DNA from: Felis catus
Lineage: Eukaryota
Direction: 5' to 3'
Assembly (NCBI RefSeq): GCF_018350175.1
Contig: NC_058377.1
Span: 90,024,001 to 90,088,000 of the forward strand
Length of the DNA stretch: 64,000 nt
Part shown: positions 51,483 through 62,825 of the stretch, piece by piece
Layout: each line of letters begins with the position of its first letter
How positions within the stretch are numbered: position 1 is the first letter of the stretch
Notes under the pieces: generated by a model
What the model was told of the DNA's origin: nothing
Seen by the model: the letters and a program-made list of their open reading frames with translations, nothing else
Database searches by the model: none
Made by a program: the position numbers and the translations under genes

Positions 51483-51943
51483 TCTTCTTTTTATTCTTAA
51501 AATTACTAAATGCATGCTTATTGTAAAAAAGTCAGACAAAAAAGTATAATGGAAAAGCAAAAACATAGTTGTACTCTCCAGAAAGAATGACTTACAATAA
51601 TCATCGATCTCAAACATGACACAACTGATCATTAGTCTTGAAACTAATTTTTTGGAGAACATAACCATACCATCTCCTTCAATTTCTAATACGGTTTGTT
51701 CACGACTCCTATGACGGTCTGCTTCTCCTTCCTGTACACACTCACTCTATGATCTCAATCGCACCTTCCATCACCATCAGGCATCCCATCAATATCCTGA
51801 GTCCCAGTTTCTGTTTGGAGCTCCAAACTCATACAACAGTGCATGCCAGTCATCTCCCTGTCCACTGGTACTCTCAAATCCACTATGTAACAGAATTTTC
51901 TTCATCGGTATTCAATAATTAAAGAAGAAAAAACAAGCTTTAC

Positions 51944-52021
51944 CTTTACATGGCAACCAAAAGTACTGAATGTGCATGGAATTGGGGCTGTAGGACAGTC
52001 CAGGTCGTAATGATTAGGCAT
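51944..52021 (-). CDS. TRAF6: TRAF6 coding exon 5 ([26 protein letters not shown]), 78 nt
   Basis: Acceptor ttttcag|ATG, donor AAG|gtaaag; found by manual translation. Confidence 0.96.
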
Positions 52022-52780
52022 CTGAAAATCAAAACAAAGGTTAAAAAATGGTTTTCCTTGCATATCATGTTCTAGTTTGATGAGATCACATTTGAAATAA
52101 AGATTTACATTTCATCTAAACAGAATCATGTATTGTCTATGGATGCTTTTGCATAATGCAGAGTTGAGTGGTTACAACAGAAAGCGTGTAGCCCACAAAG
52201 ATTAGTATTTACTTCCAAAGTCACAGAGAAAGGAAATAGCAACATCTCATACCATCCCCCCAAATCGCTCAAAATTCCAGATAACGAGTTTGTTTCTATT
52301 GCTGGGAAACTAACGCCCTCTAGGGACACTTCAGAGAAAAAACTTCTTCTGATGTCAACTACAACTGCAAACTCAAGGACTGCTGTGGTCCAGGCCATTT
52401 AATAGGGACCAGTTAACTGCATGGACCAGCTAATAGGGACCATGCACTGACACCACTGGCTGCACCCATTATTTCCCTCATGACTGTCTCATATGTCCTC
52501 TTACTTTTTTTTAACCAGGGCATGCCTTGATTACCATGGGAAGATGCAGATGTTAGAAGGTATTTTAAAGCACATTAATAACAGTTCTAAAGAAAGTCAC
52601 AGCCTTTGACTCGGGGACTCTAAAACACATTCTTCAAGGTGACACTCATTATGCAAAATTATGTTCCTTGAAAGTGGTACCAAATTCCGTTTAGAAATTT
52701 AGTTTGGCTCTCCTCATAGATACTTCAATCAGAAATGACCTTTGAGACCACTTACTCCAATCCTTCATGTTGTATAGTCT

Positions 52781-53004
52781 AGGACAGCAGTCTACAAAAT
52801 GTTGCGTAATGAGACGCATAATAAATATTTTCAGCGTTGTGGGCCTTATGGTTTCTGTCCCAAGTACTCAACTCAACTTACCATTGTGGTACACTAGCCA
52901 TATACAACACACAGACACACGGGCATGGCTGTGTTCCAATAAAATGTATTTACAAAAACGAGCAGTAGGCCAGACTGGCTGGTGTGTTGGTTTGCTGATT
53001 CCTG
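52781..53004. mobile_element. MER58A-like hAT-Charlie element
   Basis: taaatattttcagcgttgtgggcc...ggcatggctgtgttccaataaaatgtatttacaaaaac. Confidence 0.75.
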
Positions 53005-54018
53005 ATCTAGAAGGTCAACTTTCTCGTCAGAGATCAGTGGGCAGGTTAGTGGCACAGCCAAAATCAAAACCTAGGTTTTCTCTCTTAAGCTAGAGTTTTT
53101 TCCTACATTGTTTTATTTTTACTGGGTTTAATATGTGATACATATTAAATATTAAAACAGAGAAAACAAAAACTAAGGAGGTGAGACTTCATAAGCAAAA
53201 AGAAGTTTAACACCTTCAAATTAAGGCTTTGTTGGGAAAGAAACTAAAAGACTGTTAAAAAACAAATGGAAAAGTTTAGTCAACTGACTAAACTTGGTTT
53301 GCTTGCTGCTACTTAGTAAGGTAATCAATTATGATCTTTGGGTTTGCAGATTTCATGGGTGTGTAAATATTTAGTGACTACTATTCATATTTTGTGGGTA
53401 AACTCCCCAAATGTCAAAAGATACTACTCAGATGGAATTTTCCTTTCTCTATTAATACAAATGTACAGCGTTCTACTATAACTACTACTTCTGATGATGG
53501 CCATTAGTGACCTATAGCACAAATGACAGAGGCGCTACCAATCCTGGAAATCTCAAAATGTCCCAACATTTCTCAGGGCCTACAGCTACAAGTAGTGCTC
53601 TGCTACTGACCAGGTCTGCTTTCTTCTATTTCACTGTTCTCTCACTCTTTCTCTCTGTTCTCTCTGCAGACCCAAGATCCTTATTTCACAGCGTACAAAT
53701 ATGTATTTCTCAAAGAGTTTTCTTTCTTTACATGGAGATTTTTTTATTTTTACCTGACAAGTACCTGGGTTTGGTGGGAATTTTTAAGAAAACACATAAA
53801 CATGGGTATTATGTTAATGACAGGAATTTTAAGTACTTACAGCTGAATATTTTGTTCTTTCTGAAAGTACTATATTAGTTTACATGAAAATTTTTTCAGT
53901 TTTAATACTTCTTCAACCTATATTCATTGTGCTTTACTGACTTAAATTTTTAATTGAAAACCTAACTTGTTTACTTCATCTGATGGAAATATTAACTTAG
54001 GAAAGGGAATCATTATAC

Positions 54019-54090
54019 CTGTTCTCTGATGAGCATGGTATTGCAGTATTCACAGATGACATTTGCCAAAGGACAGTTCTGGTCGTGGAT
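54019..54090 (-). CDS. TRAF6: TRAF6 coding exon 4 (IHDQNCPLANVICEYCNTMLIREQ), 72 nt
   Basis: Acceptor atttag|ATC, donor CAG|gtataa; found by manual translation (too short for the ORF track). Confidence 0.96.
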
Positions 54091-55511
54091 CTAAATTTTA
54101 TTAAAAAAATATGTAAAAAGCATGAGAAAATTTGAAAAAGAACAGTCTATTTTTATAAAAACTAATTCTTTCACTATAAACAAACTAAGGACCTCAGTTT
54201 GTGCAAAACAAAAATGTAAGAATGATATACAAAGGTTATTTGCCCTCCCTCTGCCAGTGGAGTAATGAGAGATCCATCTTGCCTTCCAGCTCTTTAACAG
54301 AGTATGAGTACACATAAGAGAATCTTCTACACCACTTTTGAACCGAGGCACAGCATCTATGACTAGTTTGGACAAAATTTACCAATACTAGGAGTCTCCA
54401 AAGGCCCCCTTCCAAAAATTTCAAATAGCTGCATGATGACTTAGGTAAAACTCTTTTCAAGAAGGGTAAAAGAAGACAAGTATTATTAGGGCAAGAGGCT
54501 TTAGTGCCCAGGTTCTCATGTGCTCCAGACGGACAGCTCTGTGTTCCAGAATACAATAGATCTGTTCAGTCGATATGCCGAGAAATCATTAAGCTTCCAG
54601 TTTAAGTCCATTTAATTTACTGAAGTTTAGAGAGACATCAATTTGCTCTCATTATGCCTCAAACCTTTCTACATTTTTAGCAAGTTAGCAGACTTTTTTT
54701 AGTATTTCATCAACCTAATGAATATGCTTGATCTTCTAAGAAAGTAGGAAAAATTACCAAGATGAATTTATAAGAAATAAAGTTTAAAGAAGTATCTTAT
54801 TAGTTATAAAAAAAGACATAAATTAGAAGTAGGTTATTTCAGTAAAGGCATAAGACAGGGATCCAGTTCTAGGATCTCAGTGCTAGCTTTGCCACGGACT
54901 ACACTAACATAAAATTACTTAACCTCTCCCCATCTCAGTTTCTGAATGGAAAACTGTTCTATGGTTACGGTGTGGTCAAGCACCATGAAGTTTCTTTTTA
55001 AAGATACACATTTTAATTGAAGTGTAACATGTACAGAAAAGTGAATTCATTACATGTGTACAGCTCGATGAATTATCACCAAAGGAACACACTTTGTGGA
55101 ATTTAATTTATTCTCCCTAAAGGTTTTAACAACCCATTCTTTTCAAAGTGAAAAGTGTGAGTCTGATAAAGTCATCATTCTACTTGTTTGTCTCTAATCC
55201 AAGACTGGTCATTAAAAAAACATATCACATAGGAAAGTAGATTAGCAAGTCTTTCCTAGAAGCTTGTGTTACTCACAGATCTACTATAGTGGTTACGTCG
55301 TATAAACAATGTTTTCTAAGAAAGATATACAAGTATAAACCCTACACTTACTTAACTGGTTTACTGAACCTTCTTTCTTAAACATCAAGCTTCCCACACA
55401 TGATCACAGAGACCCGGATTTGGAGTAACATCTTCATCTCTTACCCTCAAATGTACATTAACATTTTTTTTTAAGAAGTAGGGAAATTAACAAATCCAAG
55501 CTGGTACGTGC

Positions 55512-55670
55512 CTCTTTATCTTCAAATGCCATCAATGCAGCACAGTTTACACAAGAAACCTGTCTCCTTGGACACTCCTTGAGAATGTGAATATTAAGTT
55601 GGCATTTTTGGAAGGGACGCTGGCACTGAGGACAATTCATAAGAGCAAATTCACAATGTGCTTGGTGATC
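55512..55670 (-). CDS. TRAF6: TRAF6 coding exon 3 ([16 protein letters not shown]...AFEDKE), 159 nt, GC donor
   Basis: Acceptor ttatag|GAT; zinc-finger Cys/His pattern; the frame into the next exon requires donor GAG|gcacgt. Confidence 0.95.
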
Positions 55671-56130
55671 CTATAATAAGAAAGAAATAATTGATTAATA
55701 TTTGCCAATCTTTTGAAATTTCCTAAAATAATCTCTTCCAAAAATGTACTGTTCTCTTTTATAGAAATGGCTACCGAGACTGCTTTAACACACACCATAT
55801 AAAGGCCTTAAAGAATTTAAAAATAACGGTTGTGAATTATTTATACAAAGAATGTGAATTCTCAAGTTCACAATTGAACCTGAACAAAAAGGATCCAATT
55901 AGGCAACTGAACTTGAATAAAACTATCCAATTAGGGAAAGAAGTCAGATTTTCTGATGATCAATTGAATATTGTGTCAAAAGGACCATTCCTTCAAAAGG
56001 AACTAATTATGGGGGGGGGCAAGTTACAAATATGTTTTAAACACTTAATCTCAAATAGAACATAAGCTATATTTAATTTCTTATAAAATAACTAAGCTAA
56101 GAACTGACTTAATTTAAAAGCAAATGCTTT

Positions 56131-56295
56131 TGGGTCACCTTCGAAGCTCAGTGGGTTAAGTACCCATCTCTTAATCTTGGCTCAGGTTCTGATTTCAGTT
56201 TCCTGAGCCCGACACGGGGCCCGAACCCACAAACCGAGAGATCATGATCTGAGCTGAAGTCCAACGTTTAACTCACTGAGCCACCCATGTGCCCC
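56131..56295. mobile_element. Rearranged SINE: a + strand 5' part (56131-56200) fused to a - strand 5' half (56204-56295)
   Basis: gggtcaccttcgaagctcagtgggttaag...ggctcagg followed by gagcccgacacgggg...ctgagccacccatgtgcccc. Confidence 0.75.
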
Positions 56296-56363
56296 AAGAC
56301 ATATTTTGGATGTTGCTGATTATATGTGCATTTCAAATATAAGTTAATATATTAATATGTGTT

Positions 56364-56582
56364 GGGGCACCTGGGTGGCTCAGTTGGTTGAGTGTCTGAC
56401 TTCGGCTCACGTCATGATCGGTTTGTGGGTTCGAGCCCCGCGACGGGCTCTGTGCTGACTGCTCACAGTCTGGAGCCTGCTTCGGATTGTCTCCTTCCTC
56501 TCTCTACCCTGCCCCTGCTCACAGTCTCCCTCTCCCTCTCTCTCTCTCAAAAATAAACATTTAAAAAAATTAAATAAAAAAA
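56364..56582 (+). mobile_element. SINEC
   Basis: Head ggggcacctgggtggctcag, CT tract and A tail. Confidence 0.9.
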
Positions 56583-56662
56583 TTGTTATGCTCCTCAGTT
56601 TTACTGCAGATAATGTTCACCTAAAAAACTTGTAGTAGAATACTGATTTTTCTTTTAATAAG

Positions 56663-56844
56663 ATTATCCTAGATTTTTTTTTTTTAAGTTTATTTATTTT
56701 GAGAGAGGGACAGTGCAAAGTGGAGGAAGAGCAGAGAGAGGGAGAGAGCCTGACTTGGGGCTCAAACCCATGAAACTGCGAGATCATGACATGAACCGAA
56801 ACCAAGAGTCAGATGCTTAACCAACTGAGCCACCCAAGCACCCC
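56663..56844 (-). mobile_element. SINEC (CAAGAGTC-type, internally deleted)
   Basis: T tail, shortened body and head. Confidence 0.88.
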
Positions 56845-56905
56845 TGACTTTCTTATTATCACTGGGGCAAAGCCACAGGAAATGGAATAAGAAATTTATG
56901 GTTTC

Positions 56906-57135
56906 GGGGCACCTGGGTGGCTTAGTCAGTTGTGCGCCTGACTCTTGATTTTGGCTCAGGTCATGCTCTCATTGTTGTGGGATCAAGCCCCGCATAGGGC
57001 TCTGCACTGACAGTGGTAAGCCTGCCTGGGATTCTCTCTCTCCCTCTCTCTCTCTGACCCTCCCCTGCTCATGCGTGCATGATCAGTCTCTCTCTCTCTC
57101 AAAATAAATAAACATTAAAAAAAAAAAAAAAAAAA
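56906..57135 (+). mobile_element. SINEC directly abutting an L1
   Basis: Head at 56906; A tail runs straight into L1 ORF2 sequence. Confidence 0.92.
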
Positions 57136-58580
57136 GACGACTTCACGTTGTTTTACAAAGCTGTAATCATCAAGACAATACGGTACTGGCACAAAAACAG
57201 ACACTCAGATCAATGGAACAGAATAGAGAACCCAGAAATGGACCCACAAACGTACGGCCAACTAATCTTTGACAAAGCAGGAAAGAATATCCAATGGAAT
57301 AAAGACAGCCTCTTTAGCAAGTGGTGCTGGGAAAACTGGACAGCAACATGCAGAACAATGAACCTGGACCACTTCTTACACCATACACAAAAATAGACTC
57401 AAAATGGATGAAAGACCTCAATGTAAGACAGGAAGCCATCCAAATCCTTGAAGAGAAAGCAGGCAAAAACCTCTTTGATCTTGGCTGCAGCAACTTCTTA
57501 CTCAACACGTCTCCAGAGGCAAGGGAAACAAAAGCAAAAATGAACTACTGGGACCTCATCAAAATAAAAAGCTTCTCCACAGCGAAGGAAACAATCAGCA
57601 AAACTAAAAGGCAACCGATGGAATGGGAGAAGATATTTGCAAACGACGTATCAGATAAAGGGTTAGTATCCAAAATCTATAAAGAACTTATCAAACTCAA
57701 CACCCAAAAAACAANNNNNNNNNNNNNNNNNNNNNNNNNNNNNNNNNNNNNNNNNNNNNNNNNNNNNNNNNNNNNNNNNNNNNNNNNNNNNNNNNNNNNN
57801 NNNNNNNNNNNNNNNNNNNNNNNNNNNNNNNNNNNNNNNNNNNNNNNNNNNNNNNNNNNNNNNNNNNNNNNNNNNNNNNNNNNNNNNNNNNNNNNNNNNN
57901 NNNNNNNNNNNNNNNNNNNNNNNNNNNNNNNNNNNNNNNTGCTGGTGGGAATGCAAGCTGGTGCAGCCACTCTGGAAAACAGTATGGAGGTTCCTCAAAA
58001 AATTAAAAATAGAACTACCCTATGACCCAGCAACTGCATTACTAAGCACTTATCCAAGGGATACAGGTGTGCTGTTTCGAAGGGGTACATGCACCCCAAT
58101 GTTTATAGCAGCACTATCAACAATAGCCAAAGTATGGAAGAAGCCCAAATGTCCATCAATGGATGAATGGATAAAGATGATATGGTGTATATACAATGGA
58201 GTATTACTCAGCAATCAAAAAGAATGAAATCTTGCCATTTGCAACTACGTGGATGGAACTAGAGGGTATTATGCTAAGCAAAATTAGTCAGTCAAAGAAA
58301 AACAACTATCATATGACTTCACTCATATGGTGACTTTACCATACAAAACAGATGAACATAAGGGAAGGGAAGGAAAAATAATATAAAAACAGGGAGGGAG
58401 ACAAAACATAAGAGACTCTTAAATATGGAGAACAGACAGTTACTGGAGGGGCTGTGGGAGGGGGATGGGCTAAACGGGTAAGGGGCATTAAGGAATCTAC
58501 TCCTGAAATCACTGTCACACTATATGCTAGCTAACTTGGACGTAAATTTTAAAAATTAACTAAATTTTAAAAAAAGGTCA
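57136..58580 (+). mobile_element. 5'-truncated, frameshifted carnivore/felid L1 (ORF2 C-terminus plus 3'UTR), antisense to TRAF6
   Basis: ORFs read [40 protein letters not shown] and CTPMFIAALSTIAKVWKKPKCPSMDEWIK (L1 ORF2p); frame break near 57375. Confidence 0.95.
57715..57939. other. Assembly gap (225 N) inside the L1
   Basis: Run of N. Confidence 1.
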
Positions 58581-58756
58581 TTAAAAATTTATGGTTTCTA
58601 ATTATATTTATACTCAATTATAAGAGAATCGGGATAATAAGCAAAAATTTATTAACCAATCACTATATGCTAGGCACAGATGGGACACAGCAAAGTGCCT
58701 ATTCTCTAGGAACTGCCTTGCATATACGCTAACTGCTAGAAAATAATTTTTAATAC

Positions 58757-58907
58757 CTCAAGATGCCTCAGTTCCATCTTGTGCAAACAACCTTCATTTG
58801 GACATTTCACCATCAGAGAAAGAATCTCTCGTTTTGCAAAATTGTCAGGAAATAGTTGATTTTCCAGCAGTATTTCATTGTCAACTGGACATTTGTGACC
58901 TGCATCC
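58757..58907 (-). CDS. TRAF6: TRAF6 coding exon 2 ([10 protein letters not shown]...MELRHLE), 151 nt: RING end and zinc finger 1, includes K124
   Basis: Acceptor ttttag|G, donor GAG|gtatta; ORF 58736..58936. Confidence 0.98.
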
Positions 58908-59911
58908 CTAAAAGAAAACAAGTAAGATACATACATTTATTAGATTTAAACAAATGTTAACGTTAGAAAACACAAAATTTATGTTAACAACTTGAATAAA
59001 TTTAAAAGGACTAAAAAAAAGAAAACACAACCCACAAACTTTCATTTGCCACATACACACTCTCCACTTACTATTTCCTATGGAAAATAATTTAATACCT
59101 TATATTGCATATCACCAAAATAAACTGTCTTTCGGTGGACAGTTCAACAATTGTCCTTCACTGAAATGAATACAAGTAGCACCAATTTTGATTACCTATC
59201 AAAAACTATGGGATTTTAGATTTGGGGATAGATTTTCAGTAAAAAATGAGAAAAAATACTTGAATGAAACCTTATTTTGACTGGCATGAGCTGAAATGAG
59301 AGTTCAGGGTGGGAATTTTGGCGGTCTGGCAGGTTCCTGTTCTGTCAGCAGCCGTACCGGGTACTAGTGAGACAGAGCTCGATGTGCTGCTCACGTGCCA
59401 ACATGTCCACAATGTGTTGCTCGGTTACAAGTAAAAGTTAAACCAATTAGCAGTACCCCTAACCGGACCACATTTTTAGATTTACTCTGAACAATCCTCT
59501 GGCTCACAGGCAACAGAAGCTTTCCTTTATGTTCAAGGTACAAGTTAGAGAACCTCTATGTCCTGATTCCCAGTGGTTTATTCGATCTTATGATGGAAAA
59601 GCCATCCCCAGGAAGCTTGGTCGTCTGTCACTCCCTTTTAACTTTCTGAGATGTCTCAACCTTTAACTGACAAAATGTGGCAGGTTGGGGAGGCTAGACA
59701 ATCACTCAAAAATTTGTTAAGCAGCTCCTATGTATAAACCGATAGCACTAATTGCTTTGGCAGGTAAAAAACTGCTAAAAAATGGGGTCTGCTGTCAAAT
59801 GTCTTAGAAGCAGTAAACGTGAGAAGCATGGTCTTTATGGAACCTGTCTCAGAATGCATACTGTTACTACATTATCAAATACTTTCTGACAAGCATAGAA
59901 ATAGATGCTCA

Positions 59912-60120
59912 GGGGCGCCTGGGTGGCTCAGCTGGTTGAGAGTCTGACTTTGGCTCAGGTCGTGATCTCACAGTTTGTGAATTTGAGCACCACATTGGGC
60001 TGTCTGCTGCCAGCACAGAGCCTGCTTCATATCCCCTGCCCCCTCTCTCTCCGCCCCTCCCCTGCTCCTGCGCACATGCTCTCTCTCAAAATTAAATAAA
60101 AACATTAAAAAAAAAAAAAA
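59912..60120 (+). mobile_element. SINEC
   Basis: Head ggggcgcctgggtggctcag and A tail. Confidence 0.9.
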
Positions 60121-60634
60121 AGGAAATAAATACGTGCCCCAAACCTAAGTGATGGATAACTAAAAGAAAGTAAGAACAATCTTACAGAGTAAACTGGAAA
60201 CCACTGTCCACAGCATTAGCAATCACTCCGAATGGAAATGGAATTGGACTGAGATGTATTTTGATTCCTTGAATGACCATAACAGATGAAAAATTTCAGA
60301 GCTGTTTCTTTAAGAATTTTAGAGTTAAAGCTAAGTGGTCATTTCTAACTTAGAGGGAGAGAGAAACAAAAAAAAGGCTCAGACTTCCTTTTGTGGGTTT
60401 TACTTCCTTTTCAGACCACTGTCCCACTACTTGCATGAATATTTTGCTATTAAAAAACTGCTAAAGATTCGTTACCTTCCTGGGATGCATGACACTTGGT
60501 AAAATACTATACATTTCTACCTATAGGAAAATCAACAATCCATTTTTGTTACCTACATACAATATAGATAAAAATCATAATAAACAACAACAAAAAATTG
60601 AGCCTTTAACGTCATTCTCGTGTATATTCTAAAC

Positions 60635-60839
60635 CAGTGGTTTCAACCAGGACAATTCTGTCCTCTATGGGACATTTGGCAATATCTGGAGACACTCTGG
60701 GTCTCAGAGCTAGGGAGGACGGAGATACCACAGCATCTATGAGCAGAGGCTGGGCATGCTGCTAAATCATCCTACAATAGCTTCCCATGACAAAAGTTCT
60801 CTGGCCCAAAACAGAAAGTGAGGAGGATAAGAAAACCTG
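60635..60839. mobile_element. MER20 hAT-Charlie element
   Basis: cagtggtttcaacc...gggacatttggcaatatctggagac...atgctgctaaatcatcctacaat...ctggcccaaaa. Confidence 0.8.
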
Positions 60840-60885
60840 CCCTAAACAGACCTTAGCAATTCAATAATGGGTGACACATCTTTTT

Positions 60886-61106
60886 TTAAAATTTTTTTTT
60901 TTCAACATTTATTTATTTTTGGGACAGAGAGAGACAGAGCGTGAACAGGGGAGGGGCAGAGAGAGAGGGAGACACAGAATCGGAAACAGGCTCCAGGCTC
61001 TGAGCCATCAGCCCAGAGCCCGACGCGGGGCTCGAACTCACGGACCGCGAGATCGTGACCTGGCTGAAGTCGGACGCTTAACTGACTGCGCCACCCAGGC
61101 GCCCCC
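60886..61106 (-). mobile_element. Young felid SINEC with TSD gacacatcttttt
   Basis: TSD copies at 60873-60885 and 61107-61119; same diagnostic positions as 31787. Confidence 0.95.
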
Positions 61107-61479
61107 GACACATCTTTTTCAAAAAGTGATACAAGCCACATGTTCCCTTCTAACTTAAATTAAGCCAAGTCCCAAATATGGATGTAGTTATCCCAAATTC
61201 AAGTTTTATAGCAAAGTTAATTTAAAAGTTGAAAGAGAAAAACTTGAAGACTAGTGAATAGTCAGCTTAAGAATGATTTTACCAATATAACTAGATATTT
61301 ACTGAAGAACATAAAATACCCCCACTTCTTCCAATATTTTTGCTCTGAATAGAACTCCTTAGTCACCTAGAAATATTCCCATCTACTTCTGAATTATAGT
61401 AAAATGTATCTATTTCTCAGGAGATGAACTTGAATCACCTGTGGAAATCCCATACACCTTCATTCGGTTAAAGCAACCA

Positions 61480-62170
61480 TGATTTACTCATGTTTTACTG
61501 AGTACCTACTGTGTGTCAGCCATTGTTCTTGGTACTTAAAAAATATCAAGAAATAAAACAGATCTCAACCTCTGCTCTTAAGGAGGCTTCTTCCAGTTAA
61601 ACCAGCAGACAACAAACAAATTGTCTGGTATTTCAGAGGATGGAAACTGCTAAGGAAAAAAGAAAAGTAGGTAAGGGACATTGGGAGTGTGCAGGAAGGT
61701 AGGCATGCTGTGGTATAAATAGGGTCGCCAGGGTACCTATGAGAAGGTGAGATGTGAGCCACACTGGAGGAAGGGAAGGGTCAGCTAAGCAGTCAGCTGA
61801 AGTAAGAGGGCTCCAAGCAGAGAGAACAGTTAAAGCCAACTCCCCAGGGCAAGAGCACACTTGACATGTCCAAGAAATAGCAGAATGAATGGTGGAAGGA
61901 AGGGGAGCGTAGCAGAGAGGCAGTCAGCAAATGGACTGAGCCTATCATCCCAGATGACCTGATGCCATATTCTTAGCAGAGATGACATCATCCTACTTAT
62001 TTTACCAGGTTTTGTTTAGAACAGTCTGGAAGAAGGCAAGGGTAGAAGCAAGAGGCCTGTGATGGCTGATGGTGATTCAGCTGGCAATAGCAGTGGAGGC
62101 AATGAGAAGGAGTTCGATTTTAGGTGTATTATGAAGGTACAGCCATCAACTAATACTTCCTTAAAACTAG
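61480..62170. mobile_element. L2 remnant
   Basis: ttttactgagtacctactgtgtgtcagcc...gaaggtgagatgtgagcc...caagagcacacttgac... Confidence 0.6.
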
Positions 62171-62182
62171 TAGTCATTTTAT

Positions 62183-62440
62183 GGGTGCCTGAATCTCCCA
62201 GTCTGTTAAGCGTCTGACCCTGGATTTGGGCTAAGGTCGTGATCTCACTTGAGATTTGTGAGTTCGAGCCCCATGTCTGGCTCTGCACTGACAATGCATA
62301 GCATGCTTGGGATTCTCTCTCTCCCTCCCTCCCTCCCTCCCTCCCTCCCTCCCTCCCTCCCTCCCTCCCGCCCCTGCTCGTGCTTGCTCTCTCTCTCTTT
62401 CAAATAAATAAATAGAAACTTAAAAAAATAAAAAATAAAA
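62183..62440 (+). mobile_element. Older SINEC with expanded (CCCT)n
   Basis: Degenerate head gggtgcctgaatctcccagtctgttaag; (CCCT)~12 at 62323-62369. Confidence 0.88.
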
Positions 62441-62532
62441 ATACTGGTGATTTTACAGTTGTCTATAGGCACCAGGTAACACAAGTTTACAGGGCTACTA
62501 AAATAACTGATCACTTAAGAGTAGCATTCCTT

Positions 62533-62754
62533 GGGGCGCCTGGGTGGCGCAGTCGGTTAAGCGTCCGACTTCAGCCAGGTCACGATCTCGCGGTCCGGGA
62601 GTTCGAGCCCCGCATCAGGCTCTGGGCTGATGGCTCGGAGCCTGGAGCCTGTTTCTGATTCTGTGTCTCCCTCTCTCTCTGCCCCTCCCCCGTTCATGCT
62701 CTGTCTCTCTCTGTCCCAAAAAGAAATAAAAACGTTGAAAAAAAAAAATTAAAA
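62533..62754 (+). mobile_element. Young felid SINEC with 16-bp TSD aagagtagcattcctt
   Basis: TSD copies at 62517-62532 and 62755-62770. Confidence 0.96.
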
Positions 62755-62825
62755 AAGAGTAGCATTCCTTGTATGATTGAGACTGTCAGATTCTAGTAGC
62801 ATCGTCATTTAAGGTACATTTATTT

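Noticed and set aside
57148-58227. ORFs of 82-234 aa with reverse-transcriptase-element similarity
   Set aside because: Fragments of a truncated, frameshifted L1; the length is inflated by Ns.
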